A DNA stretch of 64,000 bases. Source: an uncultured Pseudomonadota bacterium (GTDB lineage: Bacteria; Pseudomonadota; Alphaproteobacteria; JACZXZ01). The stretch is taken from the NCBI GenBank assembly GCA_963749075.1, contig CAVVLJ010000017.1, positions 800,001-864,000 of the forward strand. The letters run 5' to 3'. The position numbers were made by a program, and so were the translations under genes. The notes below the pieces were generated by a model that did not search any database, was not told the DNA's origin, and was given only the letters and a program-made list of their open reading frames with translations. Position 1 is the first letter of the stretch. Each line of letters starts with the position of its first letter. This document shows positions 51,227 through 61,469 of the stretch, piece by piece.

Positions 51227-52387
51227 ATGGCACGCATTTGGACAAGCATCCGAGGATGCAAGACAGGCAAGCGCCGCGGCGCGCGGAGCCTGCTGCTTGC
51301 GGCGGCGTCGCTTCTCGTCATCGGCGCGGCCGCGGCCGATTCCCAAGGCCTGCTCGAGACGCTGCACCGCCACAGCACGCTCACCTCGACCGTCCCGGAC
51401 AACGGCGACCTCAACCCCTACGCCATCGTGGTGGCGCCGGTCTCCGCGGGCGTCATCCAGAAGGGCGATATCCTCGTCGACAACTTCAACGATTCGACCA
51501 ACCTGCAGGGGCTCGGCACCACCATCGTCGACTTCAACCCGGCGACCAAGAAGATGTCGCTCTTCGCGCAGATCCCGAGGAAGCTCGCGGGCTGCCCGGG
51601 CGGCGTTGGCCTCACCGCGGCGATGATCATGCTCAAGGCGGGCTGGGTGATCGTGGGCAGCACGCCGAGCGACGACGGCACGACCAAGACCAAGGGCGCC
51701 GGCTGCCTCATCGTGCTCGACGCCAACGGCAAGGTCGCCGGCACCATCGCGGGCGCCAACATCAACGACCCGTGGGGCAACATGGCGGCGATCGACAACG
51801 GCGACCGCGCCACGCTCTTCGTCAGCAACGCCGGCTTCGGCGTGGGCTCCCCCGAGGGCGAGCCGCCGGTCATCAACAAGGCGACCGTGCTGCGCATCGA
51901 GCTCGCCATCGCGCAAGGCAAGCCTCCCGCCGTCGCGAGCCAGACCGTGATCGCCGACGGCTTCGGCCAGCAGGCCGATAGGAGCGTCTTCCTCATCGGC
52001 CCGACCGGCGTCGCCCTCTCCACCGACAACAAGACGCTCTACGTCTCCGATGCGCTCGGCAACCGCATCGTCGCGATCGACGAGCCGGTCACGCGCACGA
52101 CGAGCGCCGGCACCGGCCGCGAGATCACCAAGGACGGCCTGCTGCGCCGGCCCTTGGCGCTCGCCGTGACCCCAGGCGGCCATCTCCTCGTGACCAACGC
52201 GCTCAACGGCCAGGCCGTGGAGGTTGACCCCGCCACGGGCAAGCAGCTTTATGCGCGCTGGATCGACGCGGACAAGGCGCAGACGCCGCCCGGCAACGGC
52301 GACCTCTTCGGCATCGCCATGACGCCGGCGGGCGACGGGTTCTACTACGTGGAGGACGACGTGAACACGCTCGTGCTTGCGAAGTGA
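51227..52387 (+). CDS. Secreted beta-propeller-like protein (NHL/TIGR03118-like)
   Basis: Signal peptide; repeated blade motifs NPYAIV, DPWG, GPTGVA, RPLALA; RBS GAGGAGG. Confidence 0.65.
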   Translation: MARIWTSIRGCKTGKRRGARSLLLAAASLLVIGAAAADSQGLLETLHRHSTLTSTVPDNGDLNPYAIVVAPVSAGVIQKGDILVDNFNDSTNLQGLGTTIVDFNPATKKMSLFAQIPRKLAGCPGGVGLTAAMIMLKAGWVIVGSTPSDDGTTKTKGAGCLIVLDANGKVAGTIAGANINDPWGNMAAIDNGDRATLFVSNAGFGVGSPEGEPPVINKATVLRIELAIAQGKPPAVASQTVIADGFGQQADRSVFLIGPTGVALSTDNKTLYVSDALGNRIVAIDEPVTRTTSAGTGREITKDGLLRRPLALAVTPGGHLLVTNALNGQAVEVDPATGKQLYARWIDADKAQTPPGNGDLFGIAMTPAGDGFYYVEDDVNTLVLAK

Positions 52388-53709
52388 GTGCTGCCGGCAA
52401 ACACACGCGCCGCGGTTTTTTTGCCGCGGCGGGCGGGCTCGTGGCCACCGCCGGCCTCGGCCTCGCCGCGCGCGCGGCAACGGAAGCGCCGGCGGAGGCG
52501 AAGGGTGCGCCCTCCCCTCCTCCCTCCCCTCCTCCTTCCCCGGGCGCTGCGGCGAGCGGGAGCATGGCCGAGCCCTTCTGGGGCGAGCATCAGGGCGGCA
52601 TCGTGACGCCGGCCCAGAGCCACACCTATTTCGCCACACTCGATCTGGCGACCGCGAAGCGCGACGAGCTGGTGGAGACGCTGCGCGGCTGGACGCTCGC
52701 CGCCGCCGCCATGACCCGCGGCGAGACGGCGCGGCCCATGGGCTCGGACCTCGCGGTCGCCGGCGGCGACTCGGGCGACGCGCTCGGCATGACGCCGGCG
52801 CGGCTCACGCTGACCTTCGGCTTCGGCGCCGGGCTCTTCGTCAAGGACGGCAAGGACCGCTATGGCCTGGCGGCCAAGCGGCCCGAGGGGCTCGTCGACT
52901 TGCCCAAGTTCAACGGCGACCAGCTGGTGGCCAACCGGACGGGCGGCGACCTTTCCATCCAGGCCTGCGCCGACGATCCGCAAATAGCCTTCCACGCCGT
53001 GCGCCAGCTCGTGCGGCTGGCTTATGGTGCGGCCGAGATGCGCTGGGCGCAGAGCGGCTTCGTCGCCAACCCCGAGAGCAAGGGAACGCCGCGCAACCTC
53101 ATGGGATTCAAGGACGGGACCAACAATCCGCCCATTGCCGACGCGAATTCGATGGCGAAGGCGGTGTGGGTCGGCGAGGAGGGGGCGGAGTGGATGCGCG
53201 GCGGCAGCTACATGGTCGTGCGCCGCATCCGCATCGCCTTGGAGCACTGGGACCGCACGCCGGTCGATTTCCAGGAGGAGACCGTCGGCCGGCACAAGTA
53301 TTCCGGCGCGCCGATCGGCAAGGAGAAGGAGTTCGACGCGGCCGACCTGGATGCCGCCGACAAGGACGGCAATCCCGTCATCGCCGAGCACGCCCATCTG
53401 CGCCTGGCCGCGGCCGCGAGCAACGGCGGCTCGCAGATCCTCCGGCGCGGCTATTCCTACAACGACGGGGTCAACTTCACGGCCGAGCGCTGGCCGCCCT
53501 GGCGCCAGGGAATGGAGTATGACGCGGGCCTTCTCTTCGTCTGCTACCAGCGCGATCCGCGCACCGGCTTCATCAAGATCTTCGAGAACATGTCGAAGCT
53601 CGACATGCTCAACCAGTTCACGACCCACACCGGTGGCGGCCTCTTCGCCTGCCCCGGCGGGATGGTCGAGGGCGAATTCATCGGCCAGCGTCTCTTCGAG
53701 GCGGCATGA
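52384..53709 (+). CDS. efeB: Tat-exported DyP-type peroxidase (EfeB-like)
   Basis: TRRGFF Tat motif, HQGGI, GFKDGT (GxxDG), AHLRLA, ILRRGYSY. Confidence 0.88.
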   Translation: MSAAGKHTRRGFFAAAGGLVATAGLGLAARAATEAPAEAKGAPSPPPSPPPSPGAAASGSMAEPFWGEHQGGIVTPAQSHTYFATLDLATAKRDELVETLRGWTLAAAAMTRGETARPMGSDLAVAGGDSGDALGMTPARLTLTFGFGAGLFVKDGKDRYGLAAKRPEGLVDLPKFNGDQLVANRTGGDLSIQACADDPQIAFHAVRQLVRLAYGAAEMRWAQSGFVANPESKGTPRNLMGFKDGTNNPPIADANSMAKAVWVGEEGAEWMRGGSYMVVRRIRIALEHWDRTPVDFQEETVGRHKYSGAPIGKEKEFDAADLDAADKDGNPVIAEHAHLRLAAAASNGGSQILRRGYSYNDGVNFTAERWPPWRQGMEYDAGLLFVCYQRDPRTGFIKIFENMSKLDMLNQFTTHTGGGLFACPGGMVEGEFIGQRLFEAA

Positions 53710-53765
53710 CCGGAGAGGACCGCGGCGCCGCCGCGCGTCACGGCCACCAGCAAGGAGGATACGGA

Positions 53766-54137
53766 ATGAACGCCATGTCTCGCCGCCGATGCGGCGCCCT
53801 CGCCGCCGCCTTCATGCTCGCCGCCGGCGCCGGTGCTGCGCTCGGCGCCTGGTCGCCTGCGCGCGCCGACGAGGCGACGGTGATCGCGGTGACCATCGAG
53901 GGCCATCGCTTCACGCCGGCGGAGATCCACGTGCCGGCGGGCAAGCCTGCCATTCTCGAGATCGAGAACAAGGACCCGAGCGCCGAGGAGTTCGATTCGC
54001 ACGCGCTCAAGGTCGAGAAGGTGATCGCCGGCGGCACCAAGGCAAGCGTGCACCTGCGGCCGCTCGACCCGGGACGCTATCCTTTCATGGGAGAGTACCA
54101 TGAGAGTACCGCCAAGGGCGTCGTGATCGCCGAGTAG
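53766..54137 (+). CDS. Cupredoxin-domain protein (FtrB/EfeO N-domain-like)
   Basis: FTPAEI, EEFDS..LKVEKVI, GEYH. Confidence 0.88.
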   Translation: MNAMSRRRCGALAAAFMLAAGAGAALGAWSPARADEATVIAVTIEGHRFTPAEIHVPAGKPAILEIENKDPSAEEFDSHALKVEKVIAGGTKASVHLRPLDPGRYPFMGEYHESTAKGVVIAE

Positions 54138-54145
54138 CGCGCCCC

Positions 54146-54979
54146 ATGCTCGCAGCCCTCGTCATCGTCTTCCGCGAGGTCATCGAGGCCGGCCTCATTG
54201 TCGGCGTCGTGCTCGCCGCGACCGCGGGCGTACCCGGGCGTGGCGCGCGGGTCGCCTTCGGCATCGCGGCCGGCGTTGCGGGCGCCTGTCTCGTGGCGCT
54301 CTTCGCCGGCGAGATCGCCGCACTTTTCGCGGGATCCGGCCAAGAGCTCTTCAACGCCGGCGTCCTCGCTCTCGCCGTCGGCATGCTCGCCTGGCACAAC
54401 GTCTGGATGTCGAGCCACGGCCGTGCGATGGCGCGCGAGATGCGCAGCATGGGGAAGGACATCGCCGCCGGACGGCGGCCCTTGCTGGCGCTCTCGGTGG
54501 TGGTGGGTATCGCTGTCCTGCGCGAGGGCTCCGAGATCGTGCTCTTCCTTTACGGCATCGCCGCGTCGGGCGGCACCTCGGCCATGGAGATGACGCTCGG
54601 CGGGGCGCTCGGCGTGCTCGCCGGTGCCGGGGTCTCGGCGCTCATGTATTTCGGGCTGCTCGCCATACCGGCGCGCTTCCTCTTCACGGCGACCTCCGGC
54701 CTCATCACGCTCCTCGCCGCGGGACTTGCCTCCCAGGCCGCCGCCTTCATCCAGCAGGCGGGCTACGCCGAAGTGATGTCGTCGACCGTATGGAACAGCG
54801 CCTGGCTCCTCTCGGAGGATAGCTTGATCGGCCGCCTGCTGCACACGCTCATCGGCTATTCGGACTCGCCGAGCGGCCTGCAGCTCGTGGTCTATCTCGC
54901 AACCATCGCGGTCATCCTCGTCCTGATGCGCCTCGTCCACTCCCGTCCAGCGCCCGCCCGCGAGCCGGCCGCGAGCTGA
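54146..54979 (+). CDS. FTR1 family iron permease
   Basis: Two RExxE motifs (REVIE, REGSE) and about seven TM helices. Confidence 0.92.
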   Translation: MLAALVIVFREVIEAGLIVGVVLAATAGVPGRGARVAFGIAAGVAGACLVALFAGEIAALFAGSGQELFNAGVLALAVGMLAWHNVWMSSHGRAMAREMRSMGKDIAAGRRPLLALSVVVGIAVLREGSEIVLFLYGIAASGGTSAMEMTLGGALGVLAGAGVSALMYFGLLAIPARFLFTATSGLITLLAAGLASQAAAFIQQAGYAEVMSSTVWNSAWLLSEDSLIGRLLHTLIGYSDSPSGLQLVVYLATIAVILVLMRLVHSRPAPAREPAAS

Positions 54980-55053
54980 GCGCGCCGCTCGCCGAAGGGC
55001 GTCACCCTCGCGCCCGTTTGCTCGCGCAGCTGGCACGAGTAGCTGCGGCTACC

Positions 55054-55096
55054 AGTGATTGCGATCACTTGCCAATCGGCGCCCTGCCGATAGAAT
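55054..55096 (+). promoter_or_regulatory. CRP-family box plus sigma70 promoter (class II geometry)
   Basis: AGTGA-TTGCGA-TCACT (55054-55069) overlapping TTGCCA-16nt-TAGAAT; box centre is -41.5 if +1 is 55103. Confidence 0.6.
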
Positions 55097-55121
55097 CGCG
55101 GCGCAACAATGGGAGGCTGCC

Positions 55122-58100
55122 ATGCGTTGCCTTTGGCGCCCGGCTTCGCGACGTGGACGCTCCTCTTGGCTCACAGCCGGCGCCCTGGCACTCGTAGCAC
55201 TCTCTTGCGCGACGTGGGGCGCGAGCTCCTGCTACGCTGCGCGCAAGAATTTCGGAGGCTCGCAGAACTCCGGAACCTACGTCGAGCCGACGGCGCCCGC
55301 CCCAGCCGAGAGCGGCGAGCCGGCGGCAGCCGTAGCACCTCAGATTTCCCTCGAGCAAGCGCGCAAGATCACCTCGTCGCTCGGCGGTGAAGGCCCTCAG
55401 CTGCCGCCGCGCACCGTCTCCGACATCACCGCCGTGCTCGACCGCGAGAAGCCGGACCCGGCCAAGGTGGCGGCCGCCCGCGCCATAGCTGAGAAGGAGC
55501 CGCCAGCGGGTCTCGACGCGGCCGCCCTCGCGCGCTTCTATGCCGATCGCGGCAATGCCGCCGGGGAACTGGGACGCGCCGCCCAGGAGCTCGCCGATTT
55601 GCGCAAGGCCGTCGAGCTCTTCGAGCCGATCAGGAGCACAAAGATAGACGATTACGCGCAAACCCTGAAGGGCCTGGCGCAGACCGAGGAGCGCGTTGGC
55701 CATCTGCGGGAGAGCATCAGGCTGCACGAGAAGCTGGCCGAGTTCTCGGCCAACACGCGCGGCATCGTCGGCGGCGCCATCATCGAGTATTACAGCCTGG
55801 TCTTCGGCAATATCCAGATCGGCGACGTGACCGCGGCCGGATCCTGGCTCTCCAAGCTGCAGGCGCTCTTGACCGGCACGCCTTGGAGGGGCCGTGGGCT
55901 GACGCGCCTCAACACCTTCCGCTCGCGTTACGACGGCGCCACGGCGGCCTATCTCAACGCCCAAGGCAAATACGCCGAGGCCGAGGGCTATTTCCGCCGG
56001 GCGCTCGTCGAAAACACCACCGCGACCGAGGAGTTCGAAACATTGGGACGTGGTCCTGGCGCCGGGCGTGATGGAGACGGCCGGCGATTTCATCTTGGGC
56101 AACCTCGCCCTCAACCTGGCGCACCAAGGCCGTCTGATCGATGCGGAAATCGCCGCCCGCCGCGCACTGCTCGACCAGCTTCACATGCGCGGGCGCTACG
56201 CCAACGAGACGGCGAAAATGCTTACCACGCTGGCCTACGTGATCGCCGCACAAGGGCGCAACGCCGACGCGGAGAAGCTCGACCGCGTGGCGATCGACAC
56301 CTACCTCGCTCTCGGCCACGCACCCGACTCGCTGCCGCTCAACAGCAGCCGGCGCAATCTCGCCGCCGCCCTCGTTGCTGAAGGGCACTGGGCCGACGCG
56401 CTTGCCCAATACGACCTCATCCGCCGGGGTGCCGCCAACGACCCGGCGCAGCTTGGCAGCCTGCTCGGCCACAATCTCGACTTCGCCGTGGCCGCCCTTC
56501 ATGGCGGCCGCGGCCAGGCTGCACTGGAGGTCTCCCAGCGGGCGCTCGAGGGACGCACCCGCTTGTTCGGCGCGAAGCATTACGACACCGCCGAGGCGCG
56601 CGGCTTCCATGCCATGGCCCTCGCCGCGACGGGGAGCAAGGCGGCGGCACTTGCGGAATACGCGGCGGCCGTGCCGAGCCTCCTCCAGGCCTCGCGGCAG
56701 TCGAGCGATGACGAGAACGAGGGCACCGACCAGGACTTCCGGCTGCAGCAGATTCTCGAGGGCTATCTCGAGCTCCTCGCCGAGCCGGGGAGCGCGAGCG
56801 GCGCGGTCGCGGAGGCCTTCCGCATCGCCGATGCCGCCCGCGGCCGCACGGTGCAGAAGGCGCTCGCGGCCTCGGCCGCGCGCGCGGCGGTGGGCGATCC
56901 GGCGCTCGCCGACCTCGTGCGGCGCGAGCAGGATGCCAAGCAGCGCATCGCCGGGTCCAACGCCCTCATCTCGAACATCCTCCTCATGGCCTCCGACCAG
57001 CAGGACGCCCAGGCGGTCGAGGCCTTGCGCAAGGAGATCGACGAGCTGCGCGCCGCGCGGGCGACGATCCGCGCCGAGATCGAGAAGCGCTTTCCCGACT
57101 ACATCAATCTCATCGACCCCAAGCCGGCGACCGTCGCGGAGGCGCAGACGGCGCTCGAGCCGGGCGAGGCGCTCATCGCGACCTACGTGGGCGAGGAGCG
57201 CAGCTATGTCTGGGCGGTGCCGAAAGCAGGGCCGGTCGCCTTTGCCGCGGTGCCGCTTAAGCGCACGGAGGTCGAGGCCATGGTGGCACGCCTGCGCAAG
57301 GCGCTCGATCCCAACGCGTCGACGCTCGGCGGCATCCCGCCATTCGACGTGGCACTCGCCTACAAGCTCTATTCGCTCTTCTTGAAGCCGGTCGAGGCCG
57401 GCTGGAAGGGCGCCAAGCGGCTCCTCGTGGTGTCCCACGGCGCCCTCGCCCAGCTCCCCTTGGGCCTCCTCGTCACCTCGCCCGCGAGCCTCGAGCGCGA
57501 GAAGCCCGACGAGCCGATGTTCGCCTCCTACCGCAAGGTGCCCTGGCTGATCCGCGAGGTGGCGGTGGCGGAGCTGCCCTCGGTCGCCTCGCTCGCGGCC
57601 CTGCGCGCGGCCCGCGCGGGCAGGGAGGCGGCTAAGCCCTTCGTCGGCTTCGGCGATCCCTGGTTCAGCGCGAAAGAGGCCGCCGAGGCGCGCGCCGAGG
57701 CCAAGCCGCAGGTGGCCGCCCTCGAGAGCCGCGGCGCCCAGGCCGCACTCGCCACGCGCGGCGTGCCGATCCACCTGCGCAGCGTGCCGAGGACCGAGGC
57801 CGCCAACCAGGCCGAGCTCGCCATGCTGCCGCGGCTGCCGGAGACGGCGGAGGAGGTGCGCGAGGTGGCGGTGGCGCTCAAGGCGGATCCGCAGGCGGAC
57901 GTCTTCCTCGGCGCGCGCGCCAGCGAGAAGACCGTGAAGACGATGCGGCTCGACGACCGCCGCGTCGTCATGTTCGCCACCCACGGCCTGGTGCCGGGCG
58001 AGCTCGACGGCCTCTCGGAGCCGGCATTGGCGCTTTCGGCGCCGCAGCTCGCCGGCGGCGGCGGCGACGGCCTCCTCAAGATGAGCGACATCTTGGGCCT

Positions 58101-58467
58101 CAAGCTCAACGCCGACTGGGTGGTGCTCTCGGCCTGCAACACGGCGGCCGGCAACGGGGTCGGCGCCGAGGCGGTGTCGGGGCTCGGGCTCGCCTTCTTC
58201 TATGCCGGCACCCGGGCGCTTCTCGTGACCAACTGGCCGGTCGAGACGACCTCGGCCCGGGCGCTCACCACGACGCTCTTCCGCCGCGAGGCCGAGAGCC
58301 CGGGCCTGCCGCGCGCGGAGGCGCTGCGCGAGGCGATGCTGGCGCTGATCGACGGGCCCGGCCTCGTGGACCCGGCGCAGAAGCGGAGCCTCTTCAGCTA
58401 TGCCCACCCGATCTTCTGGGCACCCTACTCGCTCGTCGGCGAGGGCGGCGGCGCTCTCACCCATTGA
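55122..58467 (+). CDS. Exported TPR-CHAT (caspase HetF-associated) protease, frameshifted at ~56034
   Basis: Signal-like N-terminus, TPR-like helices, FATHG and LSACNT dyad, HPIFWAPY; removing one T at GAGTTC (56031-56036) fuses the two ORFs. Confidence 0.85.
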
Positions 58468-58534
58468 GGGGGGACGGCCCCGGGCCGCCGGCTGCGGGCT
58501 TGTCGGGACGATCCGTAGCGTGGATGATCGTGTC

Positions 58535-59218
58535 ATGAAAAACCGCCTTTGGCTTCTCACGGCCGCCCTCTTCGGCTTGGCACCGGTGATACTCCCCGCC
58601 CGGGCGGCGGAGCCGGTGGCGCTCGTCGAGAACGTCACCGGGACGGCGGCGGGCGTCGACTTCATGGAATATCTCTCCCCCGGAAAGGTGATCCGCCTCG
58701 GCGTCAAGGACGAGCTAGTGGTGGATTACTTCCATTCCTGCGTGCGCGAGACGATCACCGGCGGCACCGTCACGGTGGGCGCCGAGAGGAGCAATGTCGC
58801 GGGCGGCGCCGTGCATCGCGAGCGGGTCGAATGCGACGGCGGCCGCATGAACCTCTCCGCGCACCAGGCCGCCAACAGCGGCGTGGTGGTGTTCCGCGGT
58901 CCGCCCAAGCCGGCAGCGGGCGGCGAGGAGGCGGCGGTCGAGCGCACGCTTTACGGCCTCTCCCCGCTCGTCGATCTTCGCGGCGGCGGCGATCTGGTGA
59001 TCGAGCGGCTCGACCAGCCGGCCGACCGGCTGGTGCTCGACCTCAAGGCGGCCCAGCTCGAGCGCGGCACGTTCTACGACTTCGCCAGGCACGGCATCAG
59101 CCTGGCGGCGGGCGGCATCTATCGCGCGACCGCCCATGGCCGCAGCGTCGTCTTCAAGATCGATCCCGCAGCACGGCCGGGCGAGGCGGCTCTTGCCGGA
59201 CGGCTCCTCCAGCTCTGA
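58535..59218 (+). CDS. Secreted hypothetical beta-rich protein
   Basis: Signal peptide ending ARA-AE; two Cys; host-like codon usage; co-oriented in the operon. Confidence 0.75.
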   Translation: MKNRLWLLTAALFGLAPVILPARAAEPVALVENVTGTAAGVDFMEYLSPGKVIRLGVKDELVVDYFHSCVRETITGGTVTVGAERSNVAGGAVHRERVECDGGRMNLSAHQAANSGVVVFRGPPKPAAGGEEAAVERTLYGLSPLVDLRGGGDLVIERLDQPADRLVLDLKAAQLERGTFYDFARHGISLAAGGIYRATAHGRSVVFKIDPAARPGEAALAGRLLQL

Positions 59219-59240
59219 GCAGGGCACCGTCAGGAGCGCA

Positions 59241-61373
59241 TTGCGCCGGCGCGACTGGCTTGTGGCGATCGCGGCGGCGGCCATGGTCAGCATCGCCCTC
59301 AACCTCGGTTTCGGGAACCGGCTCTCCGGCACCTCGATCGATCTCCTCTTCTGGCTGCGCTATCGCCTCTTCGGCGCCCTCCACGAGCGCGATGCCTCGC
59401 CGGCCGTGATCGTGGCGATCGACGAGGAGACCTATCGTACGCCGCCCTTCGTCGACATCCCCAACGCCCTCTGGACGCAGGAGATCGCCAAGGTGCTCGA
59501 CGCCCTCGTCGCGGCGGACGCCAAAGTGGTCGGCTTCGACGCCATCTTCCCCGCCTCGATCGAGCGCTTCGTCCCCGGCTTCGACCGCCCCTTCCTCGTC
59601 TCATTGCGCAAGGCGGCGCGGTTGGACAAGGTGGTGCTGGGCGAGGCGCAGCACCAGCGCTATCCCATCCATCCCTTTCCCGCGCAGAGCTTCGCCGTCG
59701 AGAACGAGCGCAACATCCGCTCCGTCAATCTCTTCAGCGACGACGACGGCATCATCCGCCGCATTCCCTTGACGCTCGAGCGCGAGAACGCGGGCGGCGG
59801 CAGCCGCAACGAGCCCTCGATGGCGCTCGAGCTCGCCGCGCGCGCCGAGGGCGTCGAGCCCAAGGCCGGATCGCACGGCGTGCTCTCGCTCGGCGGCTAC
59901 GCCGTTCCGGGCTCGAGGCGCGACGCCATGCTGGTGAACTTCGACGGCGGCGACGACATCCCGAGCTATTCGCTCGCCGATCTCCAGGCCTGCGCCGCCC
60001 AAGGGAACGCCGCCTATTTCCGCGAGCATTTCGCGGGCAAGGTCGTGCTCATCGGCGCCGTGCTCGACGTCGAGGACCGCAAGCTCACCTCCAAGCGCCT
60101 CATCACCGCGCCCGACGCGCCGAGCACGGGCGTGCGCTGCGCGCATCAGCCGATGAGCGGGCTCTTCCGCGGCGATCTCGTGCGCGACACCATCCCCGGC
60201 GTCTATATCCTGGCGACCGCGGTCGACAATCTCCTCCGCCGCGACGCCCTCGGCGAATTCTCGCCGCTCGCCGAGACCGGTTTCGTGGCGCTCCTTGCGC
60301 TTGCCATAGCCCTCGCCACCATGCGGCTCAGGCCGCCCGCGGCCGGCGGCGCGCTCGTCCTCGGCACGGCGCTCTGGGCCGGCGTCGCCCTCCTCGCCTT
60401 CCGCGAGGATCTCGTGCTCCCGCTGCTGGCACCGCCGCTCGCCGCTGGCATCACCGCGGCCCTGCTGCTCGGCTACCGCTTCGCCGTGACCGACCGCGAG
60501 AAGCGCGTGCTCAAGAGCAGCTTCGGGCTCTATCTGGCACCGGCGCTCGTCGAGCGCATGATCGAGTCGGACCGCCTGCCCGAGCTCGGCGGCGAGTTGC
60601 GCAATGTGACGGTGCTGTTCTCCGACATCGCGGGCTTCACCGGCATCTCGGAGCGGCACACGCCCCACGAGCTCGTGGCGCTGATGAACGAGTATCTCAC
60701 CATGATGACCGACATCATCGAGGCCGAGGGCGGCTTCGTCGACAAATACGTGGGCGACGCCATCACCGCGGTGTTCGGTGCACCCCTCGACGATCCGGCG
60801 CACGCCCTGCACGCGGTGCGCGCGGCACTCGGCTGCCGCGACCGCCTCGACGAGCTCGAGCGCTTGGGCGGCGCCTTCCAGGGCGAGCGTATGCGCGCGC
60901 GCATCGGGGTCAGCACCGGCGATGCCCTCGTCGGCAACATCGGCTCGCGCCGGCGCTTCAATTACACGGCGATGGGCGACATCGTGAACCTGGCCGCACG
61001 GCTCGAGGGCGCCAACAAGATCTACGGCACCGCCGTGCTCGCCGCCGAATCGACGCGCCGGGCCGCAGGCGACGCCATCGACTGGCGCGAAATCGACCGC
61101 GTGCGCGTCATGGGTCGCGGCGAGGCCGTCTCGATCTTCGAGCCGCTGGCGATTGCCGGCGCCACCAGCCCCGAGACGTCCAGGCTCAGCGCCGCCTTCG
61201 CGGCCGCACTCGCCGAATACCGCGCCGGGCGCTTCGAGGCGGCGGCGCAGCGCTTTCAGGCGCTCGCCGCGGCGGATGCACCCGCCCGCCTCTTCGCCGC
61301 GCGCGCCAAGGCCTGGCTCGGCCTCGCCCCGCCCCAGCCGTGGGACGCGGTGACGACGCTCGAGACCAAGTGA
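59241..61373 (+). CDS. CHASE2-domain class III adenylate/guanylate cyclase
   Basis: IVAIDEET, DDDGIIRR, three TM helices, FSDIAGFT, DKYVGDAI, VNLAARLEG; TTG start after AGGAG inferred. Confidence 0.92.
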   Translation: MRRRDWLVAIAAAAMVSIALNLGFGNRLSGTSIDLLFWLRYRLFGALHERDASPAVIVAIDEETYRTPPFVDIPNALWTQEIAKVLDALVAADAKVVGFDAIFPASIERFVPGFDRPFLVSLRKAARLDKVVLGEAQHQRYPIHPFPAQSFAVENERNIRSVNLFSDDDGIIRRIPLTLERENAGGGSRNEPSMALELAARAEGVEPKAGSHGVLSLGGYAVPGSRRDAMLVNFDGGDDIPSYSLADLQACAAQGNAAYFREHFAGKVVLIGAVLDVEDRKLTSKRLITAPDAPSTGVRCAHQPMSGLFRGDLVRDTIPGVYILATAVDNLLRRDALGEFSPLAETGFVALLALAIALATMRLRPPAAGGALVLGTALWAGVALLAFREDLVLPLLAPPLAAGITAALLLGYRFAVTDREKRVLKSSFGLYLAPALVERMIESDRLPELGGELRNVTVLFSDIAGFTGISERHTPHELVALMNEYLTMMTDIIEAEGGFVDKYVGDAITAVFGAPLDDPAHALHAVRAALGCRDRLDELERLGGAFQGERMRARIGVSTGDALVGNIGSRRRFNYTAMGDIVNLAARLEGANKIYGTAVLAAESTRRAAGDAIDWREIDRVRVMGRGEAVSIFEPLAIAGATSPETSRLSAAFAAALAEYRAGRFEAAAQRFQALAAADAPARLFAARAKAWLGLAPPQPWDAVTTLETK

Positions 61374-61469
61374 GCGAGTGATTCATATCAAACGCCTGCT
61401 ACCCTGAGCGTAGGTCCGTTGAGGGTGGAGAGCGGACCTGATGCGATGGCATTTCAAGGGCCGTTCGTG

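Noticed and set aside
55031-55046. Sigma54 promoter (TGGCAC...TGC)
   Set aside because: GG-to-GC spacing is off by one and the TTGC element is absent.
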